From a virus: a stretch of 64,000 nucleotides of DNA. Shown here one piece after another: positions 52,049 through 60,203 of this stretch. Within the stretch, counting starts at the first letter, position 1; each line of letters starts with the position of its first letter. The notes below the pieces were generated by a model that ran no database searches, was not told where the DNA came from, and saw only the letters and a program-made list of their open reading frames with translations. Made by a program: the position numbers and the translations under genes. Location of the stretch: the IMG/VR virus record IMGVR_UViG_3300042090_002148; one strand, written 5' to 3'.

Positions 52049-52504
52049 CTAGAGCGCGATGAGCGCAGCGACGATCTTGATGATGGTCTCTGCAGGCTCC
52101 GCGTACTGTTCACACTTCTTGAGGATGTCGCAGACCTTCTCCCACCCAGACTTGTCGGTGACGAGTCCCAGGTCGATGTAGGTCTGCACGATGGCCTGCA
52201 GCTCGACGGGTGAGGCCTTCTTCAGCCCCACCACATCGGCCGCCTTGAGCGGGGTTTCCTGCTCGATGGCGACGATCATCTCCTGTTCGCTGAACAACTC
52301 TTCGGCCATGGCCATTCTCCTCAGCTGGTCGCCCACGCGGTCTCGCACGGCGGCTGTTACACCGCCATCATAGAGGAGAAGCTCGATCGTCGTCCTCGAG
52401 GTCTGGAAGAGCTTTGCTGTGCGCGTCTCACCGAGCTCGGCGCGTACTCTTCTTAGCCGGTCTCTTTCCGCCGGCTCGAGCTTGAGGTCGCGGGGCTGGG
52501 ACAT
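52049..52504 (-). CDS. Hypothetical protein, possible N-terminal HTH
   Basis: 151 aa. Confidence 0.55.
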   Translation of the reverse strand: MSQPRDLKLEPAERDRLRRVRAELGETRTAKLFQTSRTTIELLLYDGGVTAAVRDRVGDQLRRMAMAEELFSEQEMIVAIEQETPLKAADVVGLKKASPVELQAIVQTYIDLGLVTDKSGWEKVCDILKKCEQYAEPAETIIKIVAALIAL

Positions 52505-52760
52505 CAGGTTCCTCCATGGGCTTGCGTCCGTCGTGGATGGCGATGGCCGCCTGACACTGCCTGCACTGACGGATCTCGGCGATGTGCTGAGGATTGCTGG
52601 CGAGCCACGGTTCCATGGCTGATGTATCAGCGGGCAGCAGTATCCTGCCGCATCCCGTCATGGCGGGCGGTCCGCGGGTCGGCTCAGGAAGCGTGACAAA
52701 GTGCGCAGACTCCTTGCCTGCGTCGCTCAGGATGTACCAGCCCTCTTTCTTCTCGCTCAT
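52428..52760 (-). CDS. Hypothetical protein
   Basis: 110 aa, CG...CRQC. Confidence 0.45.
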   Translation of the reverse strand: MSEKKEGWYILSDAGKESAHFVTLPEPTRGPPAMTGCGRILLPADTSAMEPWLASNPQHIAEIRQCRQCQAAIAIHDGRKPMEEPDVPAPRPQARAGGKRPAKKSTRRAR

Positions 52761-52769
52761 GTTCTCTCC

Positions 52770-53249
52770 CTAGTGAATGACCTCGCCCTTGTACGAGGGC
52801 TTCCGCCGGTTACCGTACACCGAGACGACGGCTGCTTGTGTTCTCTTCCACGCGCGCTCCTGCCATCCCTCGTCCTTGAAGCGCTTCACCGGATCGAACG
52901 AGGGGTAGGGTGTCACGTACGCGTTCGCGTAGCCGTCCGCAGTCTCGTCCTGGAGATTGAACGAGATGGCCGGTCGCCAACCTAGTCCCGTGAGGGCACC
53001 CATGGTCTCGGTGGGCTCGGCGACCAGCGAGCAATGCTTCACGGACTCATCGAACTGCTTCCGCGTCAGCTCCTCTGCACAGAGCTTCCGATGCTTGCCC
53101 TTGGCCCAGCGACCCTCAAGATGGGCCAGGTCGTACTGCTCATCGCCCTCGGTCTGTTGCCACAGTCGGCGCTGGTTCTTCGGGGGCATGAAGTAGCCCA
53201 CGGGCTGCGACCACGGGCAGTCGAAAGAGTAAATTACGGAAAACATCAT
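52770..53249 (-). CDS. Hypothetical protein
   Basis: 159 aa, coupled to the thyX stop. Confidence 0.55.
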   Translation of the reverse strand: MMFSVIYSFDCPWSQPVGYFMPPKNQRRLWQQTEGDEQYDLAHLEGRWAKGKHRKLCAEELTRKQFDESVKHCSLVAEPTETMGALTGLGWRPAISFNLQDETADGYANAYVTPYPSFDPVKRFKDEGWQERAWKRTQAAVVSVYGNRRKPSYKGEVIH

Positions 53250-54061
53250 CCTGTCTTGCCCTCCATGAAGAGCGCCACTGTGCGCGGAAAGATGCCACCC
53301 AGGATCGTCTGCACGACCTGCGCGTATTGGCGGATCTCCCATTGGGCGTTCTTGTCGTTCCGCAGCGTGAGAAAGCCCAACCAGTTGCGAAGATTGGCGC
53401 TAGCCCTCATGCGAGAGTAGCGACCCACCGGCATAGCTACTCGTGCGAGCTCTTTGGGTATGCCGGCAGAGAGCGCCTCTTGATAGAACTTCTCCGAGTC
53501 TTCGTACTGCCTCTTGAGGTATTTACGGAATGCCTCTGCGGTCTCTGGCGTAAGCTCAACCGCGTCCTTTACGGTGCCCGCCTGCTTGTTGGTGCTGCCG
53601 GCGTTGATCATGAGGCGTTCTACGCTGGGAACGTAGTTCACGTCCGGTAGCGGGGCGTAACGGGCGGACATCTCGTTGTAGCTCTGAGTACGGTGGCGAT
53701 GCCACTCACGGAACACGAAGATGGGGGCCATCACCTCGAAAGTTGCGCCGCCCATCTCGAAGGGTGTCATGTGCTTGTTCGCGTAGAGGAAGGCAAGGAG
53801 CTTCTCGTCACCTGACCTCTTACCTGTGCCTCCGCAAGCGATGCACTTCATCGTGGATGCGTCGACGTAGTGCGGCAGAAACGCACTGCTACACGAGGGG
53901 CAGTTCTCTGTGCCTCCCCATCCGAGAAAACCCTTGCCTGTGCTCATACGTGCCGCTGCTACGAGTGCAGCATCGCCTGCGGCATCTTCGACCGATAGGC
54001 GCCCCCAGGTATCAATGAGCTGCACGTACCCATAGTCCAGTACTTTCACTTGCTCAGTCAT
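53246..54061 (-). CDS. thyX: FAD-dependent thymidylate synthase with inserted zinc ribbon
   Basis: AARMS, HMTPFE, PIFVFREWHRHRTQSYNEMSARY (ThyX motif), KELARVAMP, NLRNWLGFLTLR, AQWEIR. Confidence 0.93.
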   Translation of the reverse strand: MTEQVKVLDYGYVQLIDTWGRLSVEDAAGDAALVAAARMSTGKGFLGWGGTENCPSCSSAFLPHYVDASTMKCIACGGTGKRSGDEKLLAFLYANKHMTPFEMGGATFEVMAPIFVFREWHRHRTQSYNEMSARYAPLPDVNYVPSVERLMINAGSTNKQAGTVKDAVELTPETAEAFRKYLKRQYEDSEKFYQEALSAGIPKELARVAMPVGRYSRMRASANLRNWLGFLTLRNDKNAQWEIRQYAQVVQTILGGIFPRTVALFMEGKTG

Positions 54062-54731
54062 TATGTTTGTCCTTGTTGTTCCGGATACGCCACAACATCT
54101 TGCGACTCACGCCGAATGCCATCGCAAGCTGCGCATCTGTCTCTTTACTCAGGCGCCCTATCAGTAGTTGTCGTTGTATCGGTGACAGCTTGAAGGTCAC
54201 TACCTCACGTAGACCTGCTCGGATGTTTTCACGATGTTCCGCACTCAATGGGCCGTACTTGCGGCTCGTACGAATGCGCTCACGTTGTTCTGGCGTGCGC
54301 ATCACGCCTTTCTTGGCCACGCTGATCTTGCGCCGTGTCTCTGCGGATGGTGGCCCCATCTTCACACCTGTCTTGGTGGCAGAGATCTTCCTACGGACCT
54401 CTTCGCTCATGGCGTTATTCCCGCCGTCTCCACCAGCACTCATGTTGTAGCCTACGGCTCGATCATCTGATCGGTACGCTCCGATGTGAAAACGTTCTCG
54501 GTCGTTCGCTTCTGCAACCACGCATTCTTCCAGTAGCTGCTGAGTGAATGCGTCCTTGCCGTACTTACAGATAGCGTGCGCCAGGTGGGTGCGTATGCCG
54601 CGGCGCACAGCGGACGCCACGTGCATACCCCATCGCTCGTTGATGCTTCGCCGCGTCTGCCCGATGTAGATCTTCCCCGTAACAATGCACGTCAGAAGAT
54701 AGATGCGAGCATGGGTCGCCTTTGCTTTCAT
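54054..54731 (-). CDS. GIY-YIG homing endonuclease with NUMOD3-like repeats and C-terminal HTH
   Basis: RIYLLTC..TGKIYIGQT...GYNMSAGG; SEEVRRKIS / SAETRRKIS; low GC3. Confidence 0.88.
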   Translation of the reverse strand: MKAKATHARIYLLTCIVTGKIYIGQTRRSINERWGMHVASAVRRGIRTHLAHAICKYGKDAFTQQLLEECVVAEANDRERFHIGAYRSDDRAVGYNMSAGGDGGNNAMSEEVRRKISATKTGVKMGPPSAETRRKISVAKKGVMRTPEQRERIRTSRKYGPLSAEHRENIRAGLREVVTFKLSPIQRQLLIGRLSKETDAQLAMAFGVSRKMLWRIRNNKDKHND

Positions 54732-54755
54732 AGCTCTCCTTTCGTGCGCTGTACG

Positions 54756-55376
54756 TCAGGTCTTCCGGCCAGGGAACTTAGTCTCGAGCTCGCTCTTCAT
54801 CGCCGAGATGATGGCTGGCTTGCTCTTGCGGATCTCTTCCGCGATCTCGTGGTCCTTCTTCTCCGCCTCGAGCTCGGCCTTCAAGAGCTTCTGGAAGCGC
54901 GGGAAGATGACGTTGCAGAACTGAGTGCACTGCACCTCGGGGACTTGGATGAAGTGGCGACCTGCCTCCTCGAGGTGCGTGAAACCCATCCAGTCATCGA
55001 AGCCCGCCTCTTCATCCAGGTCGAAGGACAACCCGCTCTCGGGGTCCTCCCCTGCGAGGAGCTTCTCCTCGAACGCCTTGTCCTCGGGGTCCTCTACCTT
55101 GTCGATGGCCTGGCGGATGGAGGCGCGCGTCGCCTCGGGGTCGTAGACGCGCTTGTCAGGGCGCTCCATCATCAGCTTGTCGAACAGGTAGTCTGGACGG
55201 ATGCCGAGGAGGAACGCGCGGAACTCCTTGCCAGGATGGGACCACACGTAGACGTAGTTTCCGTGGTCGCTGGCTGTCGCGAAGAAGCCAAGGTCGGTGT
55301 CAATAACGATAACGCACCAACCCTCACCCTTGACGCTGTCGACCTTGTACTTTCGCAGCATGCTCACCTCTTGCAC
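54756..55376 (-). CDS. Hypothetical phage protein
   Basis: 206 aa, SDHGNYVYVW...YLFDKL. Confidence 0.6.
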   Translation of the reverse strand: MQEVSMLRKYKVDSVKGEGWCVIVIDTDLGFFATASDHGNYVYVWSHPGKEFRAFLLGIRPDYLFDKLMMERPDKRVYDPEATRASIRQAIDKVEDPEDKAFEEKLLAGEDPESGLSFDLDEEAGFDDWMGFTHLEEAGRHFIQVPEVQCTQFCNVIFPRFQKLLKAELEAEKKDHEIAEEIRKSKPAIISAMKSELETKFPGRKT

Positions 55377-55627
55377 TTGATGCCCGAGTCGTCTGCGCCG
55401 GCGTCCACCCCGTAGTCGGCCAGCACCTTGCTCACGGCGCAGTACGCGGCGCGAACCTCTTGGCCCTCGACGCTCTCAGCTCCCGTGTGCTGGTAGGCCA
55501 GGCCGGTGTCGACGCGTGCGTTCATCAGGTTCTTCGCCGCCGCCGGCGAGAGCACAGCCCCACCCCCGCAGCCTGCGAGGAAGCCGAGGATGGCGGTGTG
55601 CGTGATGGTCCACTTGAACTTCTTCAT
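55364..55627 (-). CDS. Lipoprotein
   Basis: MKKFKWTITHTAILGFLAG|C lipobox; AAGGAG RBS. Confidence 0.55.
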   Translation of the reverse strand: MKKFKWTITHTAILGFLAGCGGGAVLSPAAAKNLMNARVDTGLAYQHTGAESVEGQEVRAAYCAVSKVLADYGVDAGADDSGIKCKR

Positions 55628-55656
55628 GGGAGCTCCTTCGACGTCTCGAGAGAACG

Positions 55657-55884
55657 TCAGCATGTGCGGTCCGGTACGGCTGCAGCCATCTCGTCGCTGG
55701 AGCACTGCTCTCGCCAGCACAGCTGGCACCAGGCAATGTCCACCGCGGTGCTCGTGTTGTGCGGCATCGAGAGCGGAACGGTGACGCGCACACGGGCGTT
55801 GCCTGCGAGCAGCTTCACGCCGCATCGGCAGCAGACGTGGTCGACCTGCAGCGTGACGAGCTTGGGCTCGGGTGCTTCTCTCAT
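55657..55884 (-). CDS. Small zinc-finger protein
   Basis: CCRCG...WCQLC. Confidence 0.45.
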   Translation of the reverse strand: MREAPEPKLVTLQVDHVCCRCGVKLLAGNARVRVTVPLSMPHNTSTAVDIAWCQLCWREQCSSDEMAAAVPDRTC

Positions 55885-56312
55885 CCATTCCCTCCTTGGT
55901 ACCACCGCGCGTTGCGCAGCCTGCTGGTGTAGTCGGCGATCCACGCCATGGCCTCCTGGACAGTTGGGAAGCGCGCGATGGTGTCGTGCACGCCGGCGAG
56001 CATCTGGATGGCGTAGTCGTGCACGTACTGCGTGGGCGGGAAGTTCATCGGCGCGTACGTCTGCAGCGCGTCGACGAGCCGCTGGTACGACCCAGGGCTC
56101 GGACTTCCGTTCCTCTGGGACTCCGAGAGCACCAGCCAGGCCGCGTTGGCAACGCGCTCGGTGTCGCGCCAGCTGCGCATGAACTCGATGAACTTGTCAG
56201 CGAGCTGCTCCTGCGTGAGTGTCTTCGTGAAGTACTCCTTCACCTGCCCTTCGTCCGCGGCTTCATAGCCACGAATCTCGTCGATGGGCATCCGCCGTTG
56301 TTTTGCTGCCAT
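55881..56312 (-). CDS. Hypothetical protein
   Basis: 143 aa, GGAGG RBS downstream of the promoter at 56347. Confidence 0.6.
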   Translation of the reverse strand: MAAKQRRMPIDEIRGYEAADEGQVKEYFTKTLTQEQLADKFIEFMRSWRDTERVANAAWLVLSESQRNGSPSPGSYQRLVDALQTYAPMNFPPTQYVHDYAIQMLAGVHDTIARFPTVQEAMAWIADYTSRLRNARWYQGGNG

Positions 56313-56346
56313 GATCCTCCAGGGAGCGCGTGAAGCGTCCAAGATC

Positions 56347-56373
56347 CTTGTGCCGCAAGTCAGGCAGGAGTTG
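56347..56373 (-). promoter_or_regulatory. Bipartite phage promoter motif
   Basis: CAA-N15-CGGCACAAG. Confidence 0.7.
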
Positions 56374-56425
56374 TAGCGTGAAGCTCTAGAGCTCCGGACG
56401 TTGACGCGTCGCGAAGCTCTTCTTT

Positions 56426-57097
56426 TCAGTAGAACGTATCCCCCTCGTCCGTGGGTTCTTCGAAAGACATGCCGTCAGGAAGACTGTACGTGTCCTCGCC
56501 TTCAGTGGTGGCTAGGATGCGCGTTCGGTAGCTAGTCGGCCTTCCGACGCTCATCACGTGCCGTGGCGTCAGCTTTCTGATGTGCGCGCGCGAGGTCTCC
56601 GGGTCTAGGCCTAGTTGCTCACACACGACAAGGAAACTGGTACTGACCTTCTCCTCTCTCACGCGCAAGGCCCAGCTCGGATGCCCCGGTGCTTCGACGA
56701 ACAGCCACTCGAACGCCTGATCCGCAAGCTGTCTCTGCAGCAACCGCGTACTGGAGCGATACAGCACCCAGTCGAAGGCGGCGCGACGAATCAACTCCAG
56801 CATCAACCCCCGGCAACCCTCGACCTCCTGCCGCAGCAGCTCTTCTTCGTACGGGGTGCGCCGGACGTAGGGGGTACGCTCCACGGGCCGGCGAATGACG
56901 ATGATGTCTGGAGCCTGTGGCTCCGGATCCCATGCCGAGGGAGCGAGCTCCACCTCGGGAAGGGCCACTAGGGCAGGCGGCGGGAGGACCACCAGCGCGC
57001 GCGCCGGAGGCAGCACGAGCTCAGGGGTGACTAGGCGTGTGTCTCGGGCAGCACCCAGAACCGCAGAACGAATGAGGGCGGAGGGGGTAAGCAGCAC
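56426..57097 (-). CDS. Conserved phage hypothetical protein (possible regulator)
   Basis: LMLELIRRAAFDW...AFEWLF...SFLVVCEQLGLDPE. Confidence 0.6.
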   Translation of the reverse strand: MLLTPSALIRSAVLGAARDTRLVTPELVLPPARALVVLPPPALVALPEVELAPSAWDPEPQAPDIIVIRRPVERTPYVRRTPYEEELLRQEVEGCRGLMLELIRRAAFDWVLYRSSTRLLQRQLADQAFEWLFVEAPGHPSWALRVREEKVSTSFLVVCEQLGLDPETSRAHIRKLTPRHVMSVGRPTSYRTRILATTEGEDTYSLPDGMSFEEPTDEGDTFY

Positions 57098-57100
57098 GGG

Positions 57101-58012
57101 CTACGAGGCTGTGACGAGGACGTCGAGGGGCTGGCCTAGGATCGGTGCATAGGGGAAGCTGACGACGCTGCGGTCCGTGCGCTTGATGCAGATCTGCGCG
57201 GTGCCCGGCGCCCCTGCCTGAAGTGTGATTGTTCGTTCACGCTGGTTCAAGACGAAGCCCACGACGCCCTGGTCGGTGGTGCTGTACCGGACGTCCCCGT
57301 AGCCCGTGCCGAGCTCCTGGCCATCCGAGGCAAGGACCTGGATGCCGATGGTCTGGCTCGTACCCGCGACCAACGCGTAGGGCGGGGGCGGGGTGAGCAC
57401 CACCTCCACGACGCGCGGGAAGATGAGGTCCGGCATGTTCACGTTCGGCTGGTCGGGCACCGTGATGGTCCGGGTGATGTCCTCCTCCCCCTGGATGGTC
57501 ACGTCGTACTGCGCGTTCCTGAAGAGGTTGACCTGCGCGTAGCCGTTCCGGTCCGAGGAGATGACGACGCGCTCCTTGAGGACTGCCGAGCCATCCACCA
57601 GGAGGGGGTCGAACTTCGCGACGAAGTGGATCTGGATGCCCTTCTGCGCCGCACCCGTCATGTCGCGGAAGTAGCCTGAAGCCACGCAGAGCCGGCTGTC
57701 GTTGGCGTCCGGCGGCTGCATGATGGTGCCGACCACGTTGAACGCGTTCACCACCGGGGGCACCGGCGCGGAGACGACCTGGATGTACTGCGGCAGGAAG
57801 AACGAAGTCCCGAACTGGTAGGCACGCAGTTGGTACGTGGTGCTCGGAGATGCCGCTGGGAGAAGAAAGCCTACGTGACCGTTCGTGTCGGTCGTTCCCA
57901 TCGTGAAGGCTTGGGTGCCGTCCTGGGAGAGAATCTTGACGACAGCCCCGACGAGTGGGTTCGCGTTCGGTGTGTTGTCCACCAAGTAGATGTCGACTGA
58001 CTCGTACGTCAC
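57101..58012 (-). CDS. Virion-type protein with carboxypeptidase-regulatory/Ig-like domains
   Basis: PLVGAVVKI...TDTNGHVGFLL; SDRNGYAQVNL; GTGA overlap start. Confidence 0.6.
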   Translation of the reverse strand: MTYESVDIYLVDNTPNANPLVGAVVKILSQDGTQAFTMGTTDTNGHVGFLLPAASPSTTYQLRAYQFGTSFFLPQYIQVVSAPVPPVVNAFNVVGTIMQPPDANDSRLCVASGYFRDMTGAAQKGIQIHFVAKFDPLLVDGSAVLKERVVISSDRNGYAQVNLFRNAQYDVTIQGEEDITRTITVPDQPNVNMPDLIFPRVVEVVLTPPPPYALVAGTSQTIGIQVLASDGQELGTGYGDVRYSTTDQGVVGFVLNQRERTITLQAGAPGTAQICIKRTDRSVVSFPYAPILGQPLDVLVTAS

Positions 58013-58224
58013 CGGGGCACCTGTTCTGACAGTCGTTGTATTAGCCCCATCGTCATGTTCCGACAAGAACCATCGGGCATCGCCGGAAAGATGTCCAGAT
58101 AGACTTGGAGGGCCCGAAGAACGGAGAGGGCCTCGGCCTTCCGCCCTGGTTGCGCCTCCAGGTCTTTCGCGAGAGCGACGCAGTGCCGGAACACGTCCTT
58201 GGTCTGCTGGGACGACATGAGCAC
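58009..58224 (-). CDS. Hypothetical protein
   Basis: 71 aa, GAGG RBS. Confidence 0.5.
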   Translation of the reverse strand: MLMSSQQTKDVFRHCVALAKDLEAQPGRKAEALSVLRALQVYLDIFPAMPDGSCRNMTMGLIQRLSEQVPR

Positions 58225-58254
58225 CTCGCTTCGGGGCGATTCTTACACGTGCAC

Positions 58255-59259
58255 CTAGAAACTCCTACGAACGGCATAATCAAGGGTAGGTGCTTGCACG
58301 GAAAACAAGTCGTCCTTCCCTACGGAGGGACTCAGCAGGTCGAGGGCCAAGACCGACGGGTCCCTCGGGATGCAGACGTCGCGCGCGAGCCCGGTCCCGC
58401 CGATGGCCACCGTGACCTTGATGCCGCGCGTCAGAAGGATCTGGGCGCGGCCGTTGTTGTCGGTCAGGAGGGTGGTGTTGGTTCCGAGGATGGTGGCGCC
58501 CCCCACCTGCAGCCCCTGCGTATCCGCGGTGCTGATGAGAACCTCCTGATTGGCCAGAGGATTCCCGCTGGAGTCGGCGAGCTGCACGAAGCAGGCGACC
58601 AGCTGGTTCGAGTTGAAGACCGGTGCGTTCGGGCCCTGAAGGGGGAGGCTGAAGTCACTGCCGAGGCGCTTGGCCGAGTTCCAGAAGCGGGTCTCATAGA
58701 AGAACTCCGGGCTCCCGTAGGCGTCGACGAAGCCGTACTGCGCCTGCTGCGGGACCAGCAGGATGCGCGCGTCCTGCCCGTAGGCGGTGGACTCGAAGCC
58801 GGTGACAGCGAGCCCAAGGAAGGGTGCGGCCTGTCCGCCGGTGCACTGCAGGGAGGTGATGGCCCCCACGCGCTTGGTCTGCACCACGAGGGTGGAGCCC
58901 GACGAGTAGCTAGAGAGAAAGTTCGAGGCCGCCGCGGCGACCGCTGCGACGACCGAGGCCATCGAGACTAACCCCGAGCCCGGGATGACCACCGAGACGG
59001 GAAACTGGTCCATGACCAGGAACTGGAGGTCGAGCCCTCCGACATTCACGAGCTGGGTGCCGTCGTCTGGAGCTCCCGTGAAGCCGAGGGGGAGAGATGC
59101 CGGCGCCCAGGTGTCTCCGTGCAGGGCCTCGTAGGGCCCCTCGGGAGTCTGCCTGGAGCGCCAGACCTCGAGACGGTCGTACCCCTGCCAGCTTGCTGGC
59201 TCGAACACGAAGTTGAGCGGAAGCTGCTGGGTGATGATGGGGGACGACCGGCGCATCAC
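58255..59259 (-). CDS. Virion-type protein with C-terminal Ig-like module
   Basis: YDRLEVWRS...YGFVDAYGSPEFFYETRFWNS; LADSSGNPL...TDNNGRAQILL. Confidence 0.6.
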   Translation of the reverse strand: MMRRSSPIITQQLPLNFVFEPASWQGYDRLEVWRSRQTPEGPYEALHGDTWAPASLPLGFTGAPDDGTQLVNVGGLDLQFLVMDQFPVSVVIPGSGLVSMASVVAAVAAAASNFLSSYSSGSTLVVQTKRVGAITSLQCTGGQAAPFLGLAVTGFESTAYGQDARILLVPQQAQYGFVDAYGSPEFFYETRFWNSAKRLGSDFSLPLQGPNAPVFNSNQLVACFVQLADSSGNPLANQEVLISTADTQGLQVGGATILGTNTTLLTDNNGRAQILLTRGIKVTVAIGGTGLARDVCIPRDPSVLALDLLSPSVGKDDLFSVQAPTLDYAVRRSF

Positions 59260-59630
59260 GTAGCCGGCGCCTCGGGCGTAGGCTCGACGGAAGATCCCGC
59301 GAGCTCGGCTTCGAGCTGGGTGGGAGTCGACGGGGCTGAGGGCTTGGTCGGGAGAGAGGGCACCATGATCATCCCATCCTCCTTGAGCTGCGTGCCAGGT
59401 CCGAGCGGGACCTTGTACTTCAGCTGCATCCGCGCCTGCAGCGCCACGAGCTGACTGTTCATCTCTCGGCGCAGTGCATCAGCATCGCGCACCGCGACCA
59501 TCGCCAGGTCGTACGTCTTCTGTGCGTTCACGAGCTTGAGGGCCGCGATCTCGATGGCCTGGCGGTCCACTTCCTCGATCTTCACGCCGCTGGGCACGAG
59601 AGGCCCAGACACCTGCATCTTGTCGTTCAT
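59256..59630 (-). CDS. Coiled-coil hypothetical protein
   Basis: 124 aa, GGGAG RBS. Confidence 0.55.
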   Translation of the reverse strand: MNDKMQVSGPLVPSGVKIEEVDRQAIEIAALKLVNAQKTYDLAMVAVRDADALRREMNSQLVALQARMQLKYKVPLGPGTQLKEDGMIMVPSLPTKPSAPSTPTQLEAELAGSSVEPTPEAPAT

Positions 59631-59665
59631 GTAGCTCCCATTGTCCCGCGCCCGCTGTGAACCCG

Positions 59666-59887
59666 TCAACTTCCCCCGGTGAGGAAGTCGCTGATGGAGT
59701 TCACGACGAGCGCGGATGTTGTGCTGACCGCGGATTGTGGAAGGGATGCAGAACCGGTGCGGCCGGTGAGGATGTTCTGCAACACGGTGACCTGGTTGTT
59801 GATGGTCGTGGTCTGCGCGGTGGCCCAGGCCTGGGTCGCGGCGACCAGTGCATCGAGACGAGCGTTGCGAGCTGCTGCGTCAGCCAT
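59666..59887 (-). CDS. Small A/T/S-rich protein (possible virion component)
   Basis: 73 aa, GGAGG adjacent to ATG. Confidence 0.6.
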   Translation of the reverse strand: MADAAARNARLDALVAATQAWATAQTTTINNQVTVLQNILTGRTGSASLPQSAVSTTSALVVNSISDFLTGGS

Positions 59888-59894
59888 CCTCCGA

Positions 59895-59910
59895 GTCTAC
59901 CTCAGTTTTC
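59895..59910 (-). promoter_or_regulatory. Second-class promoter-like motif GAAAACTGAGGTAGAC
   Basis: 15/16 identical to 27450..27465; heads the 57-60 kb structural-type operon. Confidence 0.4.
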
Positions 59911-59969
59911 GCCCGACGTGCGTTCGGGCACCCACGCTCGTGGGTAGCTTCTTCAGCTCCGCCTTGGTT

Positions 59970-60203
59970 CTAGGGCCCATCCTTCTCCTTGTCGACGAGC
60001 TCGATGTCATCCTCGTGCACAATGATCGGCGCTGAGCTACCTATGCGCACGAGATAGAAGCCCTCGCCTTCGTACCCGACGAGAGCCGCGCGTGTGTTCC
60101 CGCCTCTGAATCTGTCCTCGAGGCGCTTTGGTCTAACGACGAGACCCACCTTCACCTTCGAGACAGCTGGAGGTGGAACGATGTGATGGAACGCCTCCCT
60201 CAC
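59970..60203 (-). CDS. Small SH3-like hypothetical protein
   Basis: 77 aa, GTGA overlap. Confidence 0.5.
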   Translation of the reverse strand: MREAFHHIVPPPAVSKVKVGLVVRPKRLEDRFRGGNTRAALVGYEGEGFYLVRIGSSAPIIVHEDDIELVDKEKDGP

